Below, in pieces: positions 1 to 11,369 of a stretch of DNA of 64,000 nt. The position numbers were made by a program, and so were the translations under genes. Source of the DNA: Chrysomallon squamiferum (taxonomy: Eukaryota > Animalia > Mollusca); the NCBI GenBank assembly GCA_012295275.1, contig CM022665.1, positions 32,798,001-32,862,000 of the forward strand, in the 5' to 3' direction. A model generated the notes under the pieces. That model had not been told where the DNA came from. It worked only from the letters and a program-made list of their open reading frames with translations, and made no database searches. Each line of letters begins with the position of its first letter. The stretch's first letter is position 1.

Positions 1-928
1 TGACAATTAAATTGCCATATATGAAGAAAAAAAAAAATTATCATCCATACTTGAATCTTAAAGGTGAACTGGAAATTAATAACTTAAAAAATATCACGAA
101 GAGAACAGATTTTCCTTTTATTCATAAGATAGGGTTTTTAAAATATTATTCCATGGATAAACTTAACAACATCTGAACCTCTGTTTCATTGTTTAAGTCT
201 AGTTTTAGATCTTTTAAATTAATAATTTTATTTTCATAGGTATCACCAAGGAAGAATAAGGCTTATCACTGGGAACATTGTGCTTCTGGATGGAATCTGC
301 AGGCGAATTCATAGCCAAACTGCTATACTGGGTATCTGAATAGTATTACGTTTCAGTTATGATAATTTCACTTTATAGAAGTGCAGTTTTAATTGACCCC
401 TGTCTGGAAAAATTTAGATTTATTTTTTTCTTTTGTTTATTATTCTCAGCTAAGCATACAGATTGTTATTAAAAGGGCCAAGAAATATTTTTCAGTAATA
501 TTTTATTAACTGTTTTTATATGCAATGAAAAAATTTACAAAAGTGTAATAATTGTATGCTGTGGTTATAATCATCACAAATCAAAAATTTAAAAGAAATT
601 CTATTAACATAAGAAATAAATCTGATTTTCTCTCATGACAAAACTGTATGTATGGAATTCCAAACATTAACAACAATTTAAAAATATTTATTATGAAGAG
701 TTTTGAAGAAATGCTCTACACCATTTATACTGCATGACTGGTTGTTTTAATGTTCATACTGCCATGCATGTCAAAAATTATCCATTTCATTTCTCACATA
801 TGATACATCCTGATTTTGTTGTTTTTCTACAGCTGAAATGAAATGAAACAATTTCAAACCTTTATTCAGTATCAAAATCAGAAAATAATGAAACACAAAA
901 AAATTAAAAAATGCTATAAAATACTAAC

Positions 929-1496
929 TTGCTATTGTCTTTAGACTGTTGACTGGCATTGTTTGGCAGACTGTAGCTGGTTGATGACTGATTTACCTGA
1001 GGCCAGGCATCAACTGGTACATCATGTTGAACAGAAAATGGTTCATCAGAAATACAAAAACGATTTGCCGTGCTCCATCCCTGATCTGCTGACAACTCTT
1101 TTTCTTCAAGAGCTGTATAATAAGAAGTTGGGTTATTTTTGTTTTCTTTTTAAAAGGCAGTACAAAATCTATCAATCAGCTATTTAAATTTGATATAAAT
1201 ATGATTTAAAGGCCAACAGTTTATAGTGATCTTTAAATTCCATATATTAACTCTATGCAGTATATATACACATACACATTTCTTTTTTCTCTTTTTTTTC
1301 ATACTCAGTGACAAATTAATATTTGTACAGGTTAATCATTCAGTGTAAGATAAAAATGTTGCACATATGGAAATAACAATGCAATTTTAATTTTAAAAAT
1401 TGTACATTATTCAGTTATGTTGATATTCAAAAGGCATAAGTTTTGAAAATTCAGCAAAACTCAGAAGTTATAAGTTTTATTCTGAAAAGCTAATAT

Positions 1497-1527
<31 letters not shown>

Positions 1528-1867
1528 ACAGAGACAAATAATAATTTTTAAAAATTGTGAAAAGTAAAAAATGCTAGCATATTAGTATTAGTAGTATATA
1601 TAGGTTTTATGCTTTAAAAGGTCAAATTAAACTTATAATGTCTTTCAGCAAAAACAGTGAAAAATATTTTTTCAATTACATACATGTGATAAACCATGTT
1701 TTATCAATGAAAAACACGCATTTCGGGTACAATCTTTGCTATCAAAATGGCAAAATGTTCCAGCTTTTAGCACCTTAATTTCGTTAACTAATAAGTAAAA
1801 ACATCGATACATAATTTAAAACCATTGCTAATATGTTTATTCTAAATATACCTTTCAACAAGTCCAT
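929..1867 (-). CDS. Unidentified protein, 5' part: join(complement 1852..1867, 929..1112); probably continues leftwards
   Basis: ATG at 1867 (MDLLK) with donor G|GTATAT (phase 1) fits the acceptor cttcttattatacag at 1113, giving MDLLKALEEKELSADQGWSTANRFCISDEPFSVQHDVP...DNS. Donor AA|GTTAGT at 928. Lies just downstream of a CCGGAA-containing promoter-like patch. Further acceptors at ~833 and ~336 are ambiguous; no recognisable domain. Confidence 0.45.
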
Positions 1868-1924
1868 ACTGATATAATCATTGTGGGATTTGTTTTGATA
1901 AATAAATTTAGCACAAATTACAGA

Positions 1925-2130
1925 TTTTCACCGGAGTTTTGGCAAAATAATCTAATCCATTTCCGGTTGTCGTTGCAAACATCTTCAGTTTACTTTTATC
2001 ATTTAAATAAATATAAAACAAAAATAAAATATTTCATGTATTATTAAAAAATTTACGTTCATCAATTATTCAGTTAAAGGGTAATAAAAAGAAATGAAAT
2101 TCTTAACGACAATAAAATGGAGGCGTTCCC
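1925..2130. promoter_or_regulatory. Candidate bidirectional promoter
   Basis: Local CpG enrichment, ETS-type TTCCGG (~1961) and YY1-like AAAATGGAGGCG (~2114), with spliced exons pointing away on both strands. Confidence 0.4.
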
Positions 2131-5100
2131 ACAACGCTTATATATTGAAGATGTATACACATAATAAAGTAATAGGTTTCGTTTTCAAAGGAGCCCTCAG
2201 TCTCATTTCTAGTTAAACATGGAAGGTATTACTATTTAAACAGTATAGCATTAATGCCAAACCTAATTTTGAACTGGTGATATCAATGAAGATAACGAAG
2301 GTAGAAACCGAGAGGCCATTGTTAATAATCTCAGTTATAGTTTCTATTTACAACTTAGTTTAGTTTGGATTTTGGGTTGTTGCCCTTTTTTTGTTTAGTA
2401 ATTTTTGTAGTTCAGAAGAATAGTCAGCTGGTTAATCACTTTCAGATGAAATATTTGATGATGCAAAACATATAATCCATAAAAGTAATTTGTAATTAAA
2501 GCTGATGGTATGTCATGCAAACAATTTAACATTATTAATTGATAATTATATAATATTGATCTAATGATTATAACATTTTTTAATAATAAATAAATAAAAT
2601 TGAAATCACCCCCAAACTACTGAAAAAGTGGGTTATCTGTAACCATTATGGTATGTTACCCTGTACATGTAACATAAGCTTATATATAAATGAAGAATTT
2701 TGAATGAGTAATTAAGTCAAATATTCATCCTTGTTTTGTTCATTTTATATCAAAATTTTCCTGATTCTGTTGTTCAGAAAAAAAAGAGAAGAATACAGTA
2801 GTGTTTAATGCAAAGAGAAATGGATTAGGATGTTTATATCTTTGATAACTTCAGTGTGAGTGAAGGTAAAATGGTGGAAGAAATTGTATTAAATATTATT
2901 ATTTTTTTTAAATTATTACTAATAGATAAATACTTGTTGATGGCTCTCCAGATGGTAGGGTGTGCATATCCAACTAGCTTTGCTAAGGTGCTATTCCATC
3001 CCTCACATATGTTATTGGTTCTTGATCCCCTTTCAAGAGAAATGGAATTGACATTCCATATGGGTGGTAGGTACATAGGAGGCATGCAACGCAATCTGTC
3101 TTGTATGGCAGTGAACAGTTCCTCATAGGTGAACTGATGCTTGTTCAGCAGGAAGACATACACACAGGTCACAGCTGACTCTCCTAACGGTATGTGGATC
3201 ACATATATCAGGGCACTGTCAATAGTAAACACTAACATTCTATCAGAGGAATCAACTACACTGTCATGGATGAGGAACTGTTCCTGGTCACTACTGATTG
3301 TCCACTCATCAAGTGAGATCACTAAGCAAAGGAGGGTTCTTGGGCATAGTCCTTTAAACGTTCCTGTCTGAGAGAACGCTTCGCAGTATCAGGATTACCA
3401 AGTTCAGCACAGACTTCTATAGGGGTCTCAGTAGTTGCTGACTTGGTGTACCGTGTGAACCTGCTGCATGTTCCTTGAGTTTTGCATGTAGTTTGGTCAC
3501 TGCAGTGGAATGCTCCAGGGGATCATGACTGTGTGGTGTGGAGCTGATAACAGTCTTCATCTGGAAAGATAAGAAGTAAAATGACCTTTAGTAATGATAT
3601 AAATTATTAAAATTAATTTTTTAATGTCTGTTAATAATAATTGATTAAAACATCCAATACAGGAGAAAAATAGTTAATAAATGAGTAATTATAATATTAC
3701 TCTAAGCTCCAATCAATCAACATGATCATGCAACATTTAGCTCAGCATCTGTGGTGAGACTGCCTTTACAGCTGAATGCATAGCGATTGGCACACTCCCA
3801 CCTGACATTCTTCCAGACGTACTTCTTAGTGTACATATAGCCTTCAGGTACTAGCTTCAGACCACCATGTTGGTTTTTGATGATCTCCATTGTTGAATAT
3901 ACAGTTAAATAGGAATTTTTTAGAAAGCCACATGCTTGCCCTGTATGGTGTAAAACTGATCTCTATCAACCAAAATTTGATCTCTGCTTTTATTGCCTAG
4001 GAAAGACCATATAACATTCCTGTGCTGGGAGTGGTGCCAAGACTGTTTGGAACTTTAGCAGACATGCAGGCACTGGTGGATCCTCCAAAACAACACCTCA
4101 CCATAGTTTATATAATTTTTAAGGAAATCTGACCTCTATTATGTACTAAACAGTAGTTTCCTTCACACTGAGCTCATCTAATTCTTAAGGGTTAAATAAT
4201 AAAGAGGTGATTCATTGTCTCTGTCACACATGTATTGAGAAATACATCTGAGAATAAGTGAAGAACCAGGTATACTGGCCCCCTTCATCTTGTGTGCAGT
4301 TGGAAAATAGAAGCCACCGTGTTGTGACCTCTGTGCACAAAGATACCAGGTGTAATCAAGGATTGTCCTCCCAAGTGCAATCAAAGAAATAATACTCTGA
4401 TAAACATGTAAAAGACACTCATAAACAATTAAGAGTGGGGAATTGTCCAAAATTGTCATTATGGAATGGGGAATTGTCCAAGTGGGTTATTGCCCAGTGG
4501 ATTGTCCAAGTGGGGAATTGTCCTGGCACCATCTAAACACATTAACTTGACTCTTGAGAACAAGAAAATAGTCTAGTTTAGATAGATTATATCCATATTT
4601 ATGGTTCTGATTATATAAGTAGGTGATTTCCAAAACGTTTGGTGTCATTTCCCTTTATCAATCTCTAGGGCCCCTATTCATTTCCAGCCATACCTGAATC
4701 AGTAAAGAAATTTGATTTTCAATGTACATTCATGGAAAGATGGGAGAAACTGCAAATTAATTCCCTTTTTGGGACTTTCTGAAATGCCCATTCATGCTTG
4801 AGGGTTAAATTGCCAATTTAGGGAATTACAGATGTAAATGAAATGAAGTTTGTTATGTAGATCTGTGTTTCAATAAATTAAATCACAGCCTTCCTTTGGT
4901 TAATCATTTGCAATTAATAAACTGACAACTATTTTCTTATCATACTATTTTTCTTCCTAGGATGTGCAAGCCGTCAGTTTTCTACAGAACTATTTCAAAT
5001 TCAATAAAACAAGGTAGCCTTATAGATTAAATATAATTTTCTAAGTCTGCAAATGGTTATAAGAGAATAAACACCATTAATCTAAATAGTCTTGGTTTAC

Positions 5101-6090
5101 ATAGTTTTAGATCAATGATTCTCATCCTCCTTTATTTGCTGTAAATGCTATAAATGCTTGTGACTTCACTATATAATACATTCTCATTGTATCTCTAAGA
5201 CCAATGTTAAATTTAACTTGATACCAACCTTCAGAGTTATATGGGGGAAAAAAGAGGGGTTAAAAACCACTGCTTTAGGTAAGTATATTATAGAAGTTAA
5301 AAGTGCTAAAACCCATTTTTCTTTAACACTGATGTTCAAATACTGTAACTATAATGATACATTTATACCAAAACACACTTTCTAAAGTCTTCAGAAGAAC
5401 ATTCAACTTCATAAATTTAAATTCTCTATTAGCTTTTGTTTTCATTTGACTGATTATAAAAGATAACTATAATTATTATTAAAAGTATTAGCTCTAAAGA
5501 AAAATTGTTAAAAATAGCAAATACTTATCTGTTGTTTATAAAGAGTAACATTTCATGTGGTGTCAGTCTTTTTTGTTTGCTTTGATAAAACCATGAACAG
5601 TCTGATGAATTTTACTAACATTTCTGTTAAGTATGCTGAAGGATGTTGTGTTCATGCTTACTGAAACATGTGACAGTTTTTAAAACAGCATAACTGAAAC
5701 CAAACTGTATTTTATTTTGTATATATTATGAATAGAGAGTTAAAGTCTTAATTCAGTAATATGCAGTGGCAGAAAAAGATATATTTTACAAATGATATAT
5801 AATACAAGTAGCATATATATTTTTATTTATTTTTATAAGCATAAAATGCTGCAACTGTTAATATTTTGCTTGAGTTCAGATAAAAAAATTAATGAATCTG
5901 TTACAGATTGTCACAACCAGTGTTCTAAGATTCATTTATCAAACAGTGACATAACTAAAATGGGCTCCACTTAGCAGTTTCTATTAAGGAAAAGTTATAT
6001 AAAAGATAGGTGTCGTATATTTTGACAGGGATACAATATCGGTGCTTGTTGTAGGTGCTATTTTCAGTAGATATGTCCTTATTATGAAAG
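2110..6090 (+). ncRNA. Putative spliced non-coding (or micro-ORF) transcript; exons ~2110..2225, 2446..2507, 4961..5013, 6029..6090
   Basis: Chain of good splice sites (AAG|GTATTA, cactttcag|, ATG|GTATGT, ttcttcctag|, AAG|GTAGCC, tttgacag|, AAG|GTAATG). No ATG-initiated long ORF was found across the joins. Confidence 0.3.
2834..4530 (-). mobile_element. Degenerate Mutator-like (FLYWCH + MULE transposase) DNA transposon, one terminus visible
   Basis: Minus strand from 3890 reads MEIIKNQHGGLKLVPEGYMYTKKYVWKNVRWECANRYAFSCKGSLTTD, then after an intron ...TPHSHDP (FLYWCH-type zinc finger). 2834..3322 contains WNV...RTNNICEGWNSTLAKLVGYAHPTIW, typical of the MULE transposase C-terminus. It has stops and deletions. 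The terminus is built of GTGGGGAATTGTCC repeats (4435-4530). Confidence 0.8.
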
Positions 6091-6703
6091 GTAATGCTTT
6101 TCTATTTATAATGAAGAATACATAAAGGTTTCATTGCAACTTGTAGAAATAAAATAGCCTTACTACTTGAAGTAACCGTTTGTTAAAAATGGGTTGAATG
6201 CACCACTGAATAAAATATTTATTCTTTCCTTTTAAGAAGAGTCAAAAAATATTAAAGAAATATTTGGGCCAATTATAAATCATGTGTTTAAACATATATC
6301 AGATGCACCTGTATGTACTGATGTTACTAAATATATAATTTGAAAACACTATCACAACTTGAATAATTTATTATGTATACAACAATATTTGATTACCTGT
6401 GTTGTGATTACATTTATATGTTAAACTATGTAGTTATTTATAGCATTGTATAACAACTGCACATTTTTACCTTTTTATAAAATATGAGCACTTACTTGTA
6501 TAAACAATGTGCATTTACTGTTGTTGAATGGAATTGTAAAACATTCACTTGGAGCTAAATTAGAATGATACAGGTCATTTAATTTGACCCGCTGGCTACA
6601 TCTCTTAAAATTGCTTGTTATGACAGGCTTTAATATTTTTAGGATTTAAAATGATAATAATAATGCCAAGGAATGAATTTTATTTAGAGAAATGTTCCTG
6701 CTG

Positions 6704-6737
<34 letters not shown>

Positions 6738-7073
6738 TACCAAACTTACATGTTTTAAGAGTGTATGAATATTAGACTGAATAATTAACTTATGACTTCT
6801 TATGTTAAAACTTTTTCCCATATCCAAAAAGGTGACCTGTTTATTTGATACGCCAGCCTATTTGGGTCTTGGTGAAATAAGCATCATACACACTTTTGTG
6901 TTTTATTATGATATATATATACATATATACACTTATTTAAAAAAAAAAATTAAATCTATGAAGAAGAAAATGCTTGTCATTGTCTGATATTTGTTTGTAT
7001 TAATGTAGTAACTAATTCATTTTTCTCTGTATCGTCAGTAGACTGTTTTTACATTCTGCACTGCTGCAAATAG

Positions 7074-7107
<34 letters not shown>

Positions 7108-10100
7108 AAGAAAAAACCCCGACCCCAAACAAACAATAACAACAAAACACTGAATATTTTTTATCAAATTTAATTTGGCACAGACAATGACATACAAAAT
7201 TAGATTTTGTCTTAAATAAACAATGTTTTTTGTACAAACAAAATGTAAAGAAAAATGTTCAACTAATCAGTCTAATGTTAGGTCAGTTTATTACAAAAAG
7301 AAAAGTTTAGATAAACAAAAATGTAATTTTTTATTTTATTTCCTGCTAACCATAAAATTTCATGTCATACATCTGTGCATCAATAAAACAAATAAAATTT
7401 ATCCTTTGCTATTTAATTAATTTTTTAAAGAAAAAAGCACAAGGATAAATTTGTAAAAAAAACAAAACAAAAAAGTACATAATTTTTAAAAGTGAAATTG
7501 TTTTCTTTCTTTTTTGCAAATGATGTAGAGGTAGACTTTGTATTTAGAGAAATTTAAGCTAGCTATGGTCATGAATCTATGATTTTAAAGATAGAACATT
7601 TAACTTGAATACGTAAAAAACAGTAAGATAAAATGAAGTAGATTGTACTAACTCAGCTGTCCAGTTAATAAAAGCCTTTAAATAAGGGACAATTAATATA
7701 ATTAATGATTGTCTGTATATAAGCAGTCATACTTATTATCCCAATCAGAAAGTAATATTAAGCCAAAACAGTATGATGAAGAAAAAAAGTACTGATAAAC
7801 AAAAACTAAATGAAATTTTCATGTAATAGAAAGTTGTCACAATTGGTTATAATAAAAGAATATCATATTTTATTTACTAACAAAAAAGAAAATATAACTG
7901 TTAAGCAGAATTAATTATTTATTATAAACATGATTTATTTAAAAAAAAAAATAATAATAATAGTAAGAAATAAAATGTTCTAGTTTATGTATTTTTGTAT
8001 TATATAATTATATAATTATTATGTTTTAAATATCTGTATTTATTGATTTATTAGAAACTATTCATTAATATATGTATAAACTGTGAACTGTTGGCCAGAA
8101 ATTAATGAAAATATTGTTCCAAAGTTCTGAAGGATTAGGAAGAGGTTCAGTGGCTTTTGACAATATTATGTACTTTACAAATGAATGTCACCATGGGTAA
8201 TTCCATAAGTACTCTTTAAACAATAAATAAAAAACAACAATGTATTGGAACTATGCATTATAGATAATATACATTATGTGTTAACAAACCAGTTTACAAA
8301 AAAAATTGATATGAAAGGCACAACATTATTTTATTTGAGCATTTTAAATGTTATTACTCATGTCTATTCTATTAATTTAATTTTTAAAATTTAAATTTTT
8401 TATGCTTATTTGCTAAAATCAGAAGTTATAATAATTATGTTTGTAGACTAAAAGATAACAGATGACTAACTTACATCGATAACAATTACAATATTATAGA
8501 TCTTAAAAAAACACACAATATTACTCATAAATAGCTGTTTGCTTATTACACTACATAAGACCACAACACTTACTTCATGCAGATATAAAACATTTTAAAA
8601 GTTTGATTCAAAAACCAGCAACAAGATCAGTTTTTCATTCATTTTATATATTCCTAATTATAAATTTGTGTTTTTCTTCTGCCTGTTCAGATATGTTTTT
8701 CTTCAATGTGTAGCAATAAACGAAACAACATCCAGGAAAACATTTCACTGTAAACAGATTACATAATTTCGTGTTCTACATTTATAATCAGGCTGTATTA
8801 AATTTATTTTGCCTGCTATACACTCAAAGTGAAAGTGTTCTAAACAAGAAAACATATCACAGGTTCTTTATCGGAAGCCTTTTTTTCTGCCTGAGAAAAT
8901 TAAAGTTTCACAATAAACAAGTTGTAAAAAATGAATATTACAACAAAACACAGGCATCATCTTTTCTGTATGGTTAATGTGGATGTATAAAGGGTTACTA
9001 TTATGCCAGCAGTTAATTTGTTTTTACCATTTCATATCTGTCTAAGCTTAAAGTATTAAAATAAATATCAACTTAAAAAAAGTTTTGTTCACATGAAAAG
9101 TTGTACAAGGCATTTCAGTAATACAATTTCAGTTAGATAAATACAATGTTAATCTTTTGACAATTTTAACTTAAATATTTTTACTTAAATAAAAAACAAT
9201 AAGTAATTTAATTAATCTATATTTCTGTTTTGTTTCTGTTTAAAAGATAACAATAACAGTTTAAACAAATAGATATTATATATTCTAAATTTACAAATTT
9301 TAAGGAAGGAAAGAAAGGTTGAATAAATAGATAATATGTAATGATAGTTCAACCTGCTGAAAAAACTGAGCAGAAACCACATGTTAGAATAGATGACAAT
9401 GAGTTATAAAACAGGCCATGCTGGAATTGTTGTTTTGTATTTCATTTATCTTCTCAATAATAACCAACTAATTAATATATTAATTTACACTTAAATATTT
9501 ATTTATTATTTAATGTGTTGGTAAAAATTAAAAGAACAAAAAAAAACAATTAAAATTAACAAATTTAATTAAATATATCTTCCGTTAGTTAAAGCAATTC
9601 AGACTATATTTACATTAAATTAAATTACATATTCAATATGAATTTTATATATTGTCTTGATTGCTGAAAGCCTTATAAAAATCAATTTTTAGATGTAAAT
9701 ATGTTTAGTTTTAAAACAACTGTGCAAATGTAGTTTTAAAAATAATAATTTAAAAAAAAGAATGACAACAAAATAAATACAACTCGCCCATCTCATCCCC
9801 AAAATACAAAAAAACAGGAAAAAAGGGTCAGTGTTAATCCAAACAACACATTAACAGTAACAGACAAATCACATGAAGGATTTACAAAAAGCAAACAAAA
9901 AAGAATCAAAAACAAATATGAAAGTGTTTAATGACTGTCTGTGCCCTTGTTTTAAAATAAATTTTAAAAATAGCATAGAATGAATATATTTAACATTTCA
10001 AGCATGAAAATTAGGCAGATTAATTTTAGGTATCTTTTCCCTGTCTTTCACAGAACATTATCACAGTTATAAAAGCAAGAAGCATAAAATTATAAAAACT

Positions 10101-10710
10101 GAGGCTGTTTTAATGCAATAAAAATATAGCTAATACATTTAGTTTCAAATCAAATTTTATGAGAACTATTTTATAAACTGATAGTTTTGATAAAAGTATG
10201 AAAATGAACATTTATAATTTTAAAATGTTACATTAACCACAAAATAAAACTTCATACAAACATTTTCAAAATGTTAGATAATAGGTATGCCATGAATAAT
10301 TATCACTAGTAATTTACAGATATCAATATGAAATCTGAAAACTACATATTACTAATAAATAAAGTTACTAGTACAAAACAATCATTAATATCACATGTAT
10401 ACTTACAAATTTATTATAAACTCTGTTCATATTATTGTTTTTAAATGTGGAATTATTATTTAAAAAGATAAATGTTGTGTATTTTTAATCCTTGCAAGTG
10501 CAAAGCAAAGTTAATTTTTGAAGAATAAAGCAAACATATAGTGGTTGAATGTGTAAATATACTACTGTTAATTAAAAATTTGTAATTTGTACATTATTAA
10601 TAATTTTTAATGGCTATAAATACTTTTATAATTGTTATACTAGTACCAGAAATTATTCTAACTATTTATTTTAAATACAGAAACCAGAACCATGTAATAA
10701 ATACATTTAT

Positions 10711-10882
10711 TTAATATCTGTAACCATAGTAATCAACATATTTAAATGACTGGGCTTGTCTAATAGCACGCATTAGAGCCATGGTTTTGCGTGACCGACG
10801 AATTGTTGCTTTGTGTGTTTTGTTTCGATGTTTCTCGGAAGCACAGGCCTTTCGGCTTTCAATATTTTTCTTTTTTAACCAT
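10711..10882 (-). CDS. CCDC181: CCDC181 last coding exon
   Basis: ttcag acceptor; WLKKKNIESRK...YVDYYGYRY then TAA. Confidence 0.85.
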
Positions 10883-11321
10883 CTGAAATAAATTTAAAAA
10901 AACAATAATTATTTTAAAAACAACAACAAATAGAGATAAGAAATCCTTTTACTTTAAAATTGAAAAAGATAATATACTACAAAACATAAACACTAAAACA
11001 TAATAATTAAATCTGTACTAAATGATTTTACTTATGAAATTAAATTCTGAACTGTTGGCTTATATAGTATAAAATATATTTAAAATATCACATCAAAAAG
11101 ATGATAAAACAGTCAAGCAGTTCTTAAAACCTTTGTTTAAATATTAACATGTTACATATTTTTTACATAAAGAAGATATCGAGCAATGACTAGAACAATA
11201 AATTTAACATTTGGAATAATTTACTATTAGATTTCAAATTACTGACATTCCAACTTACAAAGACATTAAAACTTATGCCCAAACAAAATAAGTAAATAAA
11301 TAAGTATTAAAAATTAATAAC

Positions 11322-11369
<48 letters not shown>

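Noticed and set aside
240-1187. Plus-strand exon model (YHQGRIRL... and TVDWHCLADCSW...)
   Set aside because: The phases of the two exons do not match and the donors are weak. The minus-strand model has an ATG, a promoter and consistent phases. Not fully excluded.
5601-5664. C/D-box snoRNA-like TGATGA...CTGA
   Set aside because: No terminal stem and no convincing rRNA antisense element found by eye.
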